A DNA stretch of 64,000 nucleotides from contig DASYVR010000053.1 of the NCBI GenBank assembly GCA_035936995.1, positions 18,018-82,017 of the forward strand. The letters are read 5' to 3'. The notes beneath the pieces were generated by a model. That model had not been told where the DNA came from. It did not search any database and saw only the letters and a program-made list of their open reading frames with translations. The stretch's first letter is position 1. The number at the start of each line of letters is the position of its first letter. Made by a program: the position numbers and the translations under genes. Source of the stretch: Candidatus Dormiibacterota bacterium. GTDB taxonomy: Bacteria > Chloroflexota > Dormibacteria > CF-121. Positions 27,222-36,855 of the stretch are shown one piece after another.

Positions 27222-28055
27222 ATGGCCGCTACGATGCGCACGGCCCGCATCGGCGACCGCGAATTCCGCTGGGGTTCGCGCACCTACGTGATGGGGATCG
27301 TGAACGTGACGCCCGACTCCTTCTCGGGCGACGGCGTGACTGATCTCGAGGCGGCGGTCGCCCACGCGAGGGAGATGGAGCAGGATGGCGCCGACCTGAT
27401 CGACATCGGCGGCGAGTCCACCCGTCCCGAGACCTGGGCGGGTCCGGGCCTCAGCTCGGCGGAGGAACTGGCGCGCGTGATTCCGGTGGTGGCGCAGGTG
27501 GCGGCCGCCGTGGCGGTGCCGGTCTCGATCGACACCTACAAGGCCGAGGTCGCGGAGCGTGCCATCGCGGCGGGCGCGGCCATGGTCAATGACGTCTGGG
27601 GACTCAGGCGAGACCCGCAGATGGCGGGGGCCGTCTTTCGCGCGGGCGTGCCGGTGGTGCTGATGCACAACAAGCCCGGCGGCGGCTATCGCGACCTGAT
27701 CGGCGAGATTGCCGCAAGCTTGCGCGAGAGCCTCGAGTTGGGGCGAGTTGCCGGCATCCCGGAGGATCACATCTTCCTGGACCCCGGTATCGGTTTCGGG
27801 AAGACGCGCGAAGAGAACCTGGAAATCATCCGGCGCCTGCCCGAGTTGCGCCGGCTCGGGTTTCCCCTGCTGATCGGCCCCTCCCGCAAGTCGTTCATCG
27901 GCAAGACGCTCGACCTGCCGGCCGGCGAGCGGCTGGAAGGCACGGCCGCGGCGGTGGCGCTCAGCATCGCCGGCGGCGCCGATATCATCCGAGTTCATGA
28001 CGTCAAGGCGATGGTTCGGGTGGCACGGATGGCGGACGCCATCCTGCACCCGTGA
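27222..28055 (+). CDS. folP: dihydropteroate synthase
   Basis: 277 aa. IMGIVNVTPDSFSGDG..., DIGGESTRP, ...SIDTYKAEVA, GPSRKSFIG. Confidence 0.95.
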   Translation: MAATMRTARIGDREFRWGSRTYVMGIVNVTPDSFSGDGVTDLEAAVAHAREMEQDGADLIDIGGESTRPETWAGPGLSSAEELARVIPVVAQVAAAVAVPVSIDTYKAEVAERAIAAGAAMVNDVWGLRRDPQMAGAVFRAGVPVVLMHNKPGGGYRDLIGEIAASLRESLELGRVAGIPEDHIFLDPGIGFGKTREENLEIIRRLPELRRLGFPLLIGPSRKSFIGKTLDLPAGERLEGTAAAVALSIAGGADIIRVHDVKAMVRVARMADAILHP

Positions 28056-28453
28056 CCCGAGTGTGGCTGGCCCTGGGCAGCAATCTCGCTAACCGCGCCG
28101 GCTACCTCGAGGCGGCACGGGAGGCCTTGCCGGAAGCCGGAATCACGCTGGTGCGCGCCTCGCGGGTGGCCGAGACGGAGCCGGTCGGCGTAAAAGACCA
28201 GCCGCGCTTCTTGAACCAGGTACTCGAGGTCGAGACGTCGCTCGAGCCCCGACTCCTCCTGGAGGCGGTCAAGCACATCGAGCACCAGCTCGGCCGTACG
28301 GCCCACCAGCGCTGGGGCCCGCGCGAAATCGACATCGACATCCTTCGCTACGACGGACGCACCGTCGACGAGCCCGGCCTGCACATCCCGCACGCCGAAC
28401 TGCAGAACCGCCCCTTCCTCCTCGACCTTCTTAAGGACCTCAACATCCCATGA
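28052..28453 (+). CDS. folK: 2-amino-4-hydroxy-6-hydroxymethyldihydropteridine diphosphokinase
   Basis: 133 aa. VWLALGSNL..., ...FLNQVLEVET, GPREIDIDIL, ...LHIPHAELQNRPF. 4-nt overlap with folP. Confidence 0.93.
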   Translation: MTRVWLALGSNLANRAGYLEAAREALPEAGITLVRASRVAETEPVGVKDQPRFLNQVLEVETSLEPRLLLEAVKHIEHQLGRTAHQRWGPREIDIDILRYDGRTVDEPGLHIPHAELQNRPFLLDLLKDLNIP

Positions 28454-29586
28454 ACGAGCCGCTGCGGGTTGCCTGGCTGGGCCACCAGAGCGGCCGCGCC
28501 GGCGACGGCCTGTTGACCTATTCACGGGAGACGGTCGCCGGGCTTCGGGCGCGCGGCGTCAAGGTGTTCTTCGTCCATCACGGCACGCTGCCCGCGGTGA
28601 CCGACGACACGCTGACGCTGCGATCCCTGACAGGCAGCCACCGCTACATCATCTCCTCGCCAAGGACGAAGCGCACCATCACCGACCTTCTCCGCCGCGA
28701 GCGGGTCGACCTGGTCCATGTCTCGCTGAGCTTCTCGACGCTGATCGACTTCGGACTCCCGGAGCTCTGCCACGAGCTCGGCCTGCCGGTCGTCGCCACC
28801 TTCCATGTCCCCTACGACTCCCGCTTCGGGCTCTGGCAGGGCATTAGCACCGCGGTCTACCGGATCTATGCTCAGTCGCTGGCCAGCTTCGACCGGGTGA
28901 TCATCTTTTCCGAGCAGCAGAAGAGTCTGCTCGAGCACTACGGCGTGCCGCCCGACAACGTCGCCGTGATTCCCAACGGCGTCGATGTCGACAAGTACGC
29001 GCCGGGAGGATCGGATTTCAAAGAGACGCTGAAGGCCCGCGCGCTGGTCGGTTACCTGGGCCGCGTCGATCCCGAGAAGAACGTCGATGTGCTGGTGCGC
29101 GCCTTCCAGGATGTCGATGCCGCAGAGGACGTCAAGCTCGTCATCGTCGGAAGTGGCAGTGAGAGGCGCCGCCTCGAGCGAAGGTACGGAAACGCCCGCG
29201 TCGTCTTCACCGGCCAGGTCCTCGAAGAAACGGAACGGATCACGATGCTGCGCGCGATGGACATCTTCGTGCTGCCATCCATGGTCGAAGGGCTATCGCT
29301 ATCGTTGCTCGAGGCGATGGCCTGCGGCATCGCGCCGGTGGCCACCGACGTCGGCTCGGACGGCGAAGCCCTGCGTGGCGCAGGCATCGTCGTCGATACC
29401 AAGGATCTCGATGGGCAGCTACGGCTGGCGCTGCGCACGCTGATCGAATTTCCCGACTTCCGTGGCGAGCTCGGCAGGCGAGCCCGGGCGCGCGCCGTCG
29501 AGCGCTTTAGCCTTTCAGACAACCTCGATCGACTGCTGGCGGTCTACCGCGAGCTGCGGCCGGCCACCGGTGCCGCAGCCTCATAG
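28450..29586 (+). CDS. glycosyltransferase family 4
   Basis: 378 aa. C-terminal EX7E region VLPSMVEGLSLSLLEAMACGIAPVATDVG. ATGA overlap with folK. Confidence 0.85.
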   Translation: MNEPLRVAWLGHQSGRAGDGLLTYSRETVAGLRARGVKVFFVHHGTLPAVTDDTLTLRSLTGSHRYIISSPRTKRTITDLLRRERVDLVHVSLSFSTLIDFGLPELCHELGLPVVATFHVPYDSRFGLWQGISTAVYRIYAQSLASFDRVIIFSEQQKSLLEHYGVPPDNVAVIPNGVDVDKYAPGGSDFKETLKARALVGYLGRVDPEKNVDVLVRAFQDVDAAEDVKLVIVGSGSERRRLERRYGNARVVFTGQVLEETERITMLRAMDIFVLPSMVEGLSLSLLEAMACGIAPVATDVGSDGEALRGAGIVVDTKDLDGQLRLALRTLIEFPDFRGELGRRARARAVERFSLSDNLDRLLAVYRELRPATGAAAS

Positions 29587-29643
29587 ACGCGCGTAGGGCG
29601 GAATCACCCTCACCCCGAGCCCCCGCAAGAGGTGGGAAGAGAA

Positions 29644-30354
29644 TTACCCGAGCTTGCCCGCGCTGGTGAAACGGTAGCCGATGCCCGGCACCGCCAGGAT
29701 GAAGAATGGGTGGGAGGGATCCTGCTCGATCTTCCGACGCAGGTTGCGGATGTGGACGTCGATGACCCGGGTCTCGATCGGGTACTCGTAGCCCCAGACG
29801 TGATTCAGAATTTTTTCCCGGGAGAGCACCTTGCCGGCATTCGTAGCCAGAAAGGCGAGCAGGTCGAACTCGGTGTGGGTCAGCATCACCTCGCTCGAGT
29901 CATGAAAGACCCGGCGCTCGTTGAGGTCGATGACGAGGTCCTTGAACTCCAGCCGCCCCTGGTTCACGGCCTCCTCCTCCTGGCGCGCCTTGCGCAGGTG
30001 GGCAGCGATGCGGGCCAGCAGCTCGCGGGTGCGGAAGGGCTTGGTGATGTAATCGTCGGCGCCGATTTCCAGTCCGACCACGACATCGATCTCTTCAGTC
30101 TTGGCGCTGAGGATGATGATCGGCACCCGCAGCCCGGCTTTGCGGATGTCGCGGCAGACATCGAATCCCGAAACGTCGGGCAGCATGATGTCCAGCAGGA
30201 TCAGGTCGGGTTTGCTCAGCTCGATCCGGCGGATGGCCTCGCCGCCAGTTTCCGCCTCCACCACCTCGTAGCCCTCCTTCTCCAGGGCGAGGTGGATCGC
30301 CTTACGGATCAGGGCCTCGTCGTCGACGATCAGGATCTTCTTCGTGGGCGGCAT
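29644..30354 (-). CDS. OmpR/PhoB-family response regulator
   Basis: 236 aa. Receiver ILIVDDE...LILLDIMLPDVSG...SAK plus a winged-helix output domain (LTHTEFDLLAFLATNAGKVLSREKIL...VDVHIRNLRRKIE). Confidence 0.95.
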   Translation of the reverse strand: MPPTKKILIVDDEALIRKAIHLALEKEGYEVVEAETGGEAIRRIELSKPDLILLDIMLPDVSGFDVCRDIRKAGLRVPIIILSAKTEEIDVVVGLEIGADDYITKPFRTRELLARIAAHLRKARQEEEAVNQGRLEFKDLVIDLNERRVFHDSSEVMLTHTEFDLLAFLATNAGKVLSREKILNHVWGYEYPIETRVIDVHIRNLRRKIEQDPSHPFFILAVPGIGYRFTSAGKLG

Positions 30355-31466
30355 CAGTGTGCCACCGCGGCCACCCGAGGACGCGGCCGGGCGGTCGCTT
30401 CCGCTCGCGGCAGCGTGACGATGAACACAGAGCCCTTGCCGTGGCGGCTACGCACGTGGACCTGGCCGCCCAGCATCGTTACCAGGCTACGGACGATATA
30501 GAGGCCGAGCCCGGTGCCGGAGGTGCGCCGAACCGCCGGGTCGTCGGCGCGGTAAAACTTTTCGAAGAGGCGGGGCATATGTTCCCTGCGGATTCCGACC
30601 CCCTGGTCTGAGACCTCGAACCTCACGGCCGACTGGTCGCTGCGCGCGCTGAGGGTGATCTGGGTACCGACCTCCGAATATTTTATGGCATTGGTCAGGA
30701 GGTTCACCAGGATCTGGTGCAGCTTGCGCGCCTCCCCCATGACCGCCGGCAGGTTTTCGGGGATCCGGCACTTGAGGGTCCGTCCCTTCAGCATCGCGCG
30801 CACCTCGTCGCAGACATGCTCGACGACGTCGACGACATCCACACGCGAGAAATCGACGGAGATCCGACCGGAGTCGATCCGGCTGACTGCCAGGATGTCT
30901 CCGATCAACCGCTCCATCCGGTCGGCCTGGCCGTGCAGGTCCTGCAGCAGCTCGCGGCGCTGCGCTTCGGTCAGGTCGAAGTCGAGCAGGAGCTCACTCA
31001 ACCCCTTGAGGGTAGTCAGTGGTGTCTTGAGCTCGTGCGAGGCGGCCAGCATCAAGGCGTCGCGGGCCTCGATCGTCTCCAGCTCGGGCGTCACGTCATG
31101 GATGGCGATCACCGCACCGTCCGGCGTCTTGCCTTTGAGCCGCAGCGGCGACACCGAGTAGGAGACTCGCACTGGATCGTCGCTGGTCCGCAGCCGAAAC
31201 AGGTAGGCGAAGTGGGTGTTGATGCGGGTGCCCAGGCGGAGGGCGCGCCGCAGCGCTCCATTCGGCGCGCAGAGGTTGACCCCGGTCTCGGTGCGCACCT
31301 CGAGGATGTCAGCCGCCGGCCGGCCCAGCGCGTCCCCACGTGCCCACCCGGTCAGGCGCTCGGCGACCTGGTTCAACGAGAGCACGGTCGCTTCGCGATC
31401 GACGATGATCAGGGCCTGGGGGAACTGCTCAAACGCTTGCTCGGAGAGCGTTCGCTCCCTCGCCAT
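30354..31466 (-). CDS. cytoplasmic PAS-domain sensor histidine kinase
   Basis: 370 aa, no TM. PAS (ALIIVDREATVLSLNQVAERLTGW), H-box SHELKTPLTTL, N/G boxes LTNAIKYS, DQGVGI, GTGLGLYIV. TGATG stop/start overlap with the response regulator. Confidence 0.9.
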   Translation of the reverse strand: MARERTLSEQAFEQFPQALIIVDREATVLSLNQVAERLTGWARGDALGRPAADILEVRTETGVNLCAPNGALRRALRLGTRINTHFAYLFRLRTSDDPVRVSYSVSPLRLKGKTPDGAVIAIHDVTPELETIEARDALMLAASHELKTPLTTLKGLSELLLDFDLTEAQRRELLQDLHGQADRMERLIGDILAVSRIDSGRISVDFSRVDVVDVVEHVCDEVRAMLKGRTLKCRIPENLPAVMGEARKLHQILVNLLTNAIKYSEVGTQITLSARSDQSAVRFEVSDQGVGIRREHMPRLFEKFYRADDPAVRRTSGTGLGLYIVRSLVTMLGGQVHVRSRHGKGSVFIVTLPRAEATARPRPRVAAVAH

Positions 31467-32493
31467 GTCCCCGAAGTATAGGCGCGCGTACTCGCGCCTT
31501 CAATTGCTGCAGCCGTCGCTCCAGCTTCAGGGGGCCCGGCCGCAGGATGTGCTCATAGAGGCCGACGTAGCGGACGGTCTCTCCGCCGAAGCCGGTCTTG
31601 AAGCGATAGAGCCCGAACCAAGGGTGATCCGGGGCCGGCTCTTCCGGGATCCCCCACCAGTCATAGGTGTCACACCCCATCGCGCGGAAGTCGAGCATCG
31701 CCTGCCAGTGCAGCAGGTAATTCGGCATCAGCTCCCGCTTGCGATCGCTGGAGCCGCCGAACAGGTAGTAGGCGGTCTTCCCAAAACGGAAGACCATGAC
31801 CCCTCCGATGGTCTCGCCCTCGTGGTCGGCGAGGTAGAGCCGCACCTCGTCGGATGGGCCGAAGAGCTCAAGGGCGGCCTGGTAGTAGGCAACCCCGGGA
31901 AGGTGAATGCCCTGCCGTTTGCCGGTCTCGGCCGCCAGCCGGCCGAAGGTGGCGACCTCGTGGGAGACGCGGACTCGTACGCCCTTCTTTTCCGCCAGGT
32001 TCAGGTTGTAGCGCGTCTTGGGCTTGAAGCCGGCCTTCAGCGACCCCGGCTCGACATCGATGCGCAGCAGACGCGTCGCTTCCGGCTGGACGGCTTTGCC
32101 CTTGACGAAGCCGCGCCCTTCGAAGAAGGCGGGCCACTCATCGCCCACGCCGGCATTCGGCTCGACGCGGAGGACGAGCCCGCCACCGGCCGCCGCCCGC
32201 CGCTCCAGCGCATCGAGGACCAGTAACCGCTCCCGTTCGGCGACCGCCGGCCCACGTGGCACGTAATATGCCGCCCCGCCCGGGAAGAGCGTGGCGCTGC
32301 GCTGCAGCGAGCAAACGCCGGAGCGACCCTCGTGAAAGGCGAGACGTTCGACGCTCCACCCGAAGCGCGACTGCAGCTCGCCCCACTTCCAGCTCTGGAG
32401 CAGGTTGCCCTCCGGCTGCGCCAGCACGAGCTTGTCCCAGCTCTCCGCGCCGAGCCGCTCTCCCGACGTGACAGCGAGGACGGCCTCAGACAA
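31429..32493 (-). CDS. FemAB-family peptidoglycan bridge-forming aminoacyltransferase
   Basis: 354 aa. LLQSWKWGELQSRFGW ... TRYNLNLAEKKGV ... YYLFGGSSD...ELMPNYLLHWQAM ... YDWWGI ... LYRFKTGFGG. Confidence 0.85.
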   Translation of the reverse strand: MSEAVLAVTSGERLGAESWDKLVLAQPEGNLLQSWKWGELQSRFGWSVERLAFHEGRSGVCSLQRSATLFPGGAAYYVPRGPAVAERERLLVLDALERRAAAGGGLVLRVEPNAGVGDEWPAFFEGRGFVKGKAVQPEATRLLRIDVEPGSLKAGFKPKTRYNLNLAEKKGVRVRVSHEVATFGRLAAETGKRQGIHLPGVAYYQAALELFGPSDEVRLYLADHEGETIGGVMVFRFGKTAYYLFGGSSDRKRELMPNYLLHWQAMLDFRAMGCDTYDWWGIPEEPAPDHPWFGLYRFKTGFGGETVRYVGLYEHILRPGPLKLERRLQQLKARVRAPILRGHGEGANALRASV

Positions 32494-33505
32494 ACTCGGG
32501 CTGGCCGGCCCGCGCGAATCGCTCCGCCAGGCGGATGGTCAGGGTGGCCGCGCGATTGACCGGGAGATCGTAAAGGCCGATGAACCGCACCATCCGGCCG
32601 TTGAAGCGCGACTTGAAGACGTAGTAGCCGTAGCCGCGCTGGCCCTCCTGGGGGTTCAGCGGGACACCCCACATGTCGTAGGTGGTGCACCCGCGCCGCT
32701 GGGCGTCCTCGATCGCCCGCCAGTGCAGCAGGTAGCCGGGCTTGAGGTCCTTCGCCTCGGTTCGCGTGCCACCGTAGAGGTAGACCAGCTTGGAGCCGAA
32801 GAACAGCATGACCGCGCCCGCCAGTAACCGATCCTGCTGCCGAGCCAGGTAGACGGCGACCTGGCCGCGCTCGCGGAAGAGGCTCAGCAGGTCCTGGTAG
32901 TAAGCGCGGCTGCGGATGGTGAACTGCTCGCGGGCGGCGGTTTGCTGGAGCAGCTCGTAAAAGCTGTCCATCGCGGCCGACGCCTCCGAGGCCTCGACCG
33001 TGATGCCCTGCTTGATGCCTGCCCGGATGTTGCGCCGGGTCGATTCTTTGAGCCGCATCATTGCCTCATCGCCGCCGCTGATATCGACCAGCATGGTGGC
33101 CTGGTGCTGGATCGGATGCCGGCCCGGCAGCGCGCCGGTCTCGTGGAGCACCGCACGCTCGGCATCGGTCGTCCACTCCGGATCGACTTTCAAGACCGTT
33201 CCGCCGTCCTGGGCCAGGCGCTCGCGAAGCGCCTGCCAGAACGCCGGCCACTGGTCGAGACGGCCATCGAGGATAGGCCCGCGCGGCGCGTAGTTCAGGG
33301 CCAGTCCGCCGGGTAGGCTCCGCCGAAGCACGGCGGCAGCCGCGATGGGCGTCCCGCCTTCGACCCAGAAGTAGCGCGCAACCCGCCAGCCGTAGCGGGA
33401 TTTGAGGCTGCCCCACGCCCAGGCTTGTAGCAGCGAGGCGTCGCGCGCCTGCGAGACGAACGCGTCCCAGGTGGACGCATCCTCGCAGGTCGTCAATTCG
33501 GGCAT
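32486..33505 (-). CDS. FemAB-family peptidoglycan bridge-forming aminoacyltransferase (second copy)
   Basis: Start set at ATG 33505 (MPELTTCEDASTWDAFV...). LLQAWAWGSLKSRYGW ... VYLYGGTRTEAKDLKPGYLLHWRAI ... YDMWGV ... YVFKSRFNG. 8-nt overlap with the downstream paralogue. Confidence 0.85.
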   Translation of the reverse strand: MPELTTCEDASTWDAFVSQARDASLLQAWAWGSLKSRYGWRVARYFWVEGGTPIAAAAVLRRSLPGGLALNYAPRGPILDGRLDQWPAFWQALRERLAQDGGTVLKVDPEWTTDAERAVLHETGALPGRHPIQHQATMLVDISGGDEAMMRLKESTRRNIRAGIKQGITVEASEASAAMDSFYELLQQTAAREQFTIRSRAYYQDLLSLFRERGQVAVYLARQQDRLLAGAVMLFFGSKLVYLYGGTRTEAKDLKPGYLLHWRAIEDAQRRGCTTYDMWGVPLNPQEGQRGYGYYVFKSRFNGRMVRFIGLYDLPVNRAATLTIRLAERFARAGQPEFV

Positions 33506-33513
33506 GCCTTGAC

Positions 33514-33519
33514 AGCTTA
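33514..33519 (-). promoter_or_regulatory. -10-like TAAGCT, leaderless start candidate
   Basis: Minus-strand TAAGCT ends 8 nt before ATG 33505. Confidence 0.35.
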
Positions 33520-33629
33520 GCGGGAGGCTCCCCGGCATGGGCCGCCACCCCGCGTCGCTGACAGTTCCGGTATCGTATTTGGCCTGTGCTAGCATTGGAG
33601 AGAAATCTCGGGGCGGTGGGAGGCTTTTT

Positions 33630-35117
33630 GTGAGTTCCATCGAGCAGGCGCCGAGACTTGTGGACTACAAGGGAGCGTTAGACCAGACCCCCCTGCTATC
33701 TCTCTTGCAGTCGATGCAAGCCCAGCGCGCCACAGGGACCCTTCAGGTTCGAAACGGCGGCGAGGCCTTCTCGCTGTTTTTTCTCTTCGGCCACCTCTTT
33801 CACGCCTACGGCAACGGGAGCCAGGGTGAGGAGGCGGTCTTCGAGCCCCTCGCCTGGCGGCAGGGCGACTACACCTTTGACCCCAAGTCGAAGCTCCCGA
33901 CCGAAGAGACGATCACCGCCCCGACCGCCGACATCCTCGCCGAGGCCAAGCGACGGGGTGTGCCCGGAGCGGACAACGGTCCGGTGGCCGCGGCCCGTCC
34001 CGCGCCCGCGCCTTCCCCGGCGGCTCCGGCAGCGCCGCCGGCACCCCCGGTCGGTGAGCGACCGGCCGTGAGCCAACCGCCGACGGCCGCGCAAGCGGAG
34101 CCCGCGCCGGACGAGGGACCGCCCGCCACCGAGCTCTACCCGCTGCCGGTCGGCAAGCTCGTCTACGAGTCGCTCAAGACGGCGTTCGTCGACTTCCCCA
34201 AACTGCTGCGCTCGCTGAGTACCGATCGCCTGACGGGCTATCTCCGGCTGACCGGCCAGGCCTCCCGCGGGATGATCCTTTTCTACCAGGGCAGCTTGAT
34301 CGAGAGCTTCTACGATGGCGGCGCGGTGGTCTCCACCGGGCGGACCGCCTTCTCGCTGTTCAAAAACGACGTCGACCGTGGCGAGGGCAGCATGGACGTC
34401 ATCGAGCTGTCGGCTGAGGTCGTCACCGCCATTTACCAGTTGCTGACGGCGCCGACCATCCTCCAGGGACTGCTGGCGCGCTTCGTCGACGTGCGCGCGC
34501 TGCTCCAGTACCTGCAGGAGGAGAAAATCCACGGAAGCCTGCTGGTCCGGGCGCCCGACGAGATGGGGATTATCCTGCTCCGCGACGGCCAGCTGCTCGG
34601 CGCCTTCACCCGGGGCCAGCCGCAACTGGTGCAGGACCCCGAGGTCGTGACGCGGCTGTGCGCGGATTCCAAGACCCGGATTGAGGTCAAAGCCGTGGCC
34701 GACCTCGAAGAGCCGGCGTCGGTGAGCCTGGAAGAGATGCTGGCGACGACGCCGTCCGTGCAGGCCACCGTCTACCGGCCGGCGGCGTCGCAACCGGCGG
34801 CCGCCACGGCAGCGGCCGCGCCCGCCGCCCCGCGCGGCCAGAACTACCAGCCCGCGCCGCCAGGAGACGCCCCGGCGAGTCCCGAACCCGACATCGATTG
34901 GCCGGCGCTGATGAGCCAGCTGAACCAGATGGCGGACGCCGCCCTCCAGAACCGCTCGAAGAAGGTCAAGGAGATGCTCGCCTCCACCGAGCACAACGCC
35001 GACGGGCTCGACCGGACGATTGACCGGATCTCGCAGACCTCGATCATGTTCGTCGATCCGGCCCGCCTCACCAACCTGGCGAACGAGATGCGTCAGCTGG
35101 TCGAAGAGCAGCGGTAG
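33630..35117 (+). CDS. DUF4388 (PATAN-associated) domain protein with three related modules and a PA-rich linker
   Basis: Start at GTG 33630 (GGGAGG 7 nt upstream). LLSLLQSMQAQRATGTLQVRNGGEAFSLFFLFGHLFHAY is DUF4388-like. Two further degenerate copies (LTGYLRLTGQASRGMILFYQGSLIESF; IHGSLLVRAPDEMGIILLRDGQLLGAF). Confidence 0.7.
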   Translation: MSSIEQAPRLVDYKGALDQTPLLSLLQSMQAQRATGTLQVRNGGEAFSLFFLFGHLFHAYGNGSQGEEAVFEPLAWRQGDYTFDPKSKLPTEETITAPTADILAEAKRRGVPGADNGPVAAARPAPAPSPAAPAAPPAPPVGERPAVSQPPTAAQAEPAPDEGPPATELYPLPVGKLVYESLKTAFVDFPKLLRSLSTDRLTGYLRLTGQASRGMILFYQGSLIESFYDGGAVVSTGRTAFSLFKNDVDRGEGSMDVIELSAEVVTAIYQLLTAPTILQGLLARFVDVRALLQYLQEEKIHGSLLVRAPDEMGIILLRDGQLLGAFTRGQPQLVQDPEVVTRLCADSKTRIEVKAVADLEEPASVSLEEMLATTPSVQATVYRPAASQPAAATAAAAPAAPRGQNYQPAPPGDAPASPEPDIDWPALMSQLNQMADAALQNRSKKVKEMLASTEHNADGLDRTIDRISQTSIMFVDPARLTNLANEMRQLVEEQR

Positions 35118-35149
35118 ACGGCTCGCGCCGGCGAAGCCGGCGCGCTCGC

Positions 35150-35155
35150 TAATCT
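35150..35155 (+). promoter_or_regulatory. -10-like TAATCT, leaderless start candidate
   Basis: TAATCT ends 8 nt before ATG 35164. Confidence 0.35.
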
Positions 35156-35163
35156 TCTCGGGC

Positions 35164-36855
35164 ATGCGGCGCGGCATCCTTCTCCTGGTAGTGGTGTTCG
35201 TCCCTCTGCTCAACGCGTGTGCGCTCAATCCACCGCGCATCGTCAGCATTTCCCCGAGCCGTGAGGTCACGGACGTACCGGCGAACCAGATGATCAGCGT
35301 CAGCTTCGACCGGCCGATGAACCACGACTCCGTCGAGCGGCGGTTCGATCTCTCGCCGGCCATCAGCGGCTGCCGCGGGTCCAGGAACTGCCGGTTTGCC
35401 TGGACCGGCAACACCCTGATGTTCATCCACACCCACGTCAACTTCGCCCTCTCGACCGAGTACACGGTCTCGATGCACTCCGGGTACGCGGACGCCAGCG
35501 GGCAGCAGAACACCCTCGACCATTCTTGGCGTTTCAAGACCGAAGGACCGCCGACACTGACGGCGGTCGACCCGTCCGATAACGCCTCCTCGGTCGCGCC
35601 CGATCGCAACATCGTCCTCACCTTCAGCCGGCCGATGCGCGCCGACTCGATGCAAGCGGCCGTCCAGCTGAGCCCGGACGTCCCCTTCTTGCTCCGATCA
35701 CGGCCGGGCGGCGACGGCTCCCAGTTCGAAGTCATTCCGACCGCCGTTCTCCAACCAAACCAGAGCTACACCGTCACGGTCAACGGGCCGCTGGACGTCC
35801 ACGACAACGCGATCGTCGGTCGGGTGCAGTCGCGCTTTCGAACGGGTACGCTTTCAATCTCCCGCAAGATCGGGTACCTGGTCGGCCAGCCGGCCGAGCC
35901 CGCCTTCGCCGTCGGCATCGTCGATCCGCACGCCGACGCGTTCCTCGGCCGGTCGACGCCGAAGCTGATCTATCGGCTCAGTGCCCAGAGCCAACTCACT
36001 GACGCCATCCTGTCCTTCGACTGGTCGCCGGACGGACAACGATTGGTCGTGGTCGAGGCGCCCCGCAACGCCGTCGGTGGGCCGATCCAGATCGTCGACC
36101 TCGCCTCCGGCACGGTGATTCGCCCGGGGATCAGCGGCTCGGATGTCTACTGGTCGTCGGACGGGACCATCATCTACCTGGCCAACGGGAGCCTGCGCCG
36201 GTTCCGCCCGACGACCCTCGAAGACGTCGCGCTTACGGACCTCGCCGACGGTCGCGTCATCGGCCCGGTCGCGCTCAGCCCTGATGGCAAATCGATCGCC
36301 TACAGCACGGCTGACGCGCAGGGGACCGATCACCTGTGGATCTTGAACCTGGACCTGCGCACGCGCTACCGGCCGATCGGGCTCGACGACCCGGCCGACC
36401 ACCCCGCGTGGTCGCCGAACGGGACCAAGCTGGCCTTTCGACGGCTGACCGCAACCGGTCCGGAGCTCTGGGTCTATGACCTATCAGCGAGCGGCAGCAG
36501 CGCCTACCGGCGCGGCGGCACGCTCGACATTACCGGGGCGGCCTGGCTGAACGACAACAGCACCCTGTTTGCGGCCACCGGCAGCGGCACCTCGGCGGTG
36601 CTCTATCGGGTCAACATCTTTTCCGCCAGTGAGGCCGGAGGCGTGGTCAAGGTCACCGGCAGCAAGGATGCGCCCAATGGGTCGACGCCGACGGCGCCGG
36701 CCTACGACCGGCGGGTTGGCTTCGTCGGCCTGGTGGACCAGCTGCCGCAGATCTATGTCATGAACGGCGACGGCTCCCGGCCGCAGCCGCTGACTGAGTG
36801 GGAGGCCGACTATCCGTACACCGGCCAGGCGCCGAACTGGACGCCCACCGGCTAG
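35164..36855 (+). CDS. lipoprotein with two SbsA/Big_5-like Ig domains and a TolB-like PD40 beta-propeller
   Basis: Start at ATG 35164 (MRRGILLLVVVFVPLLNAC lipobox). Two ~100-aa repeats (ISPSREVTDVPANQMISVSFDRPM... / VDPSDNASSVAPDRNIVLTFSRPM...). PD40-like repeats (WSPDGQRL, LSPDGKSIAY, WSPNGTKLAF). Confidence 0.75.
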   Translation: MRRGILLLVVVFVPLLNACALNPPRIVSISPSREVTDVPANQMISVSFDRPMNHDSVERRFDLSPAISGCRGSRNCRFAWTGNTLMFIHTHVNFALSTEYTVSMHSGYADASGQQNTLDHSWRFKTEGPPTLTAVDPSDNASSVAPDRNIVLTFSRPMRADSMQAAVQLSPDVPFLLRSRPGGDGSQFEVIPTAVLQPNQSYTVTVNGPLDVHDNAIVGRVQSRFRTGTLSISRKIGYLVGQPAEPAFAVGIVDPHADAFLGRSTPKLIYRLSAQSQLTDAILSFDWSPDGQRLVVVEAPRNAVGGPIQIVDLASGTVIRPGISGSDVYWSSDGTIIYLANGSLRRFRPTTLEDVALTDLADGRVIGPVALSPDGKSIAYSTADAQGTDHLWILNLDLRTRYRPIGLDDPADHPAWSPNGTKLAFRRLTATGPELWVYDLSASGSSAYRRGGTLDITGAAWLNDNSTLFAATGSGTSAVLYRVNIFSASEAGGVVKVTGSKDAPNGSTPTAPAYDRRVGFVGLVDQLPQIYVMNGDGSRPQPLTEWEADYPYTGQAPNWTPTG

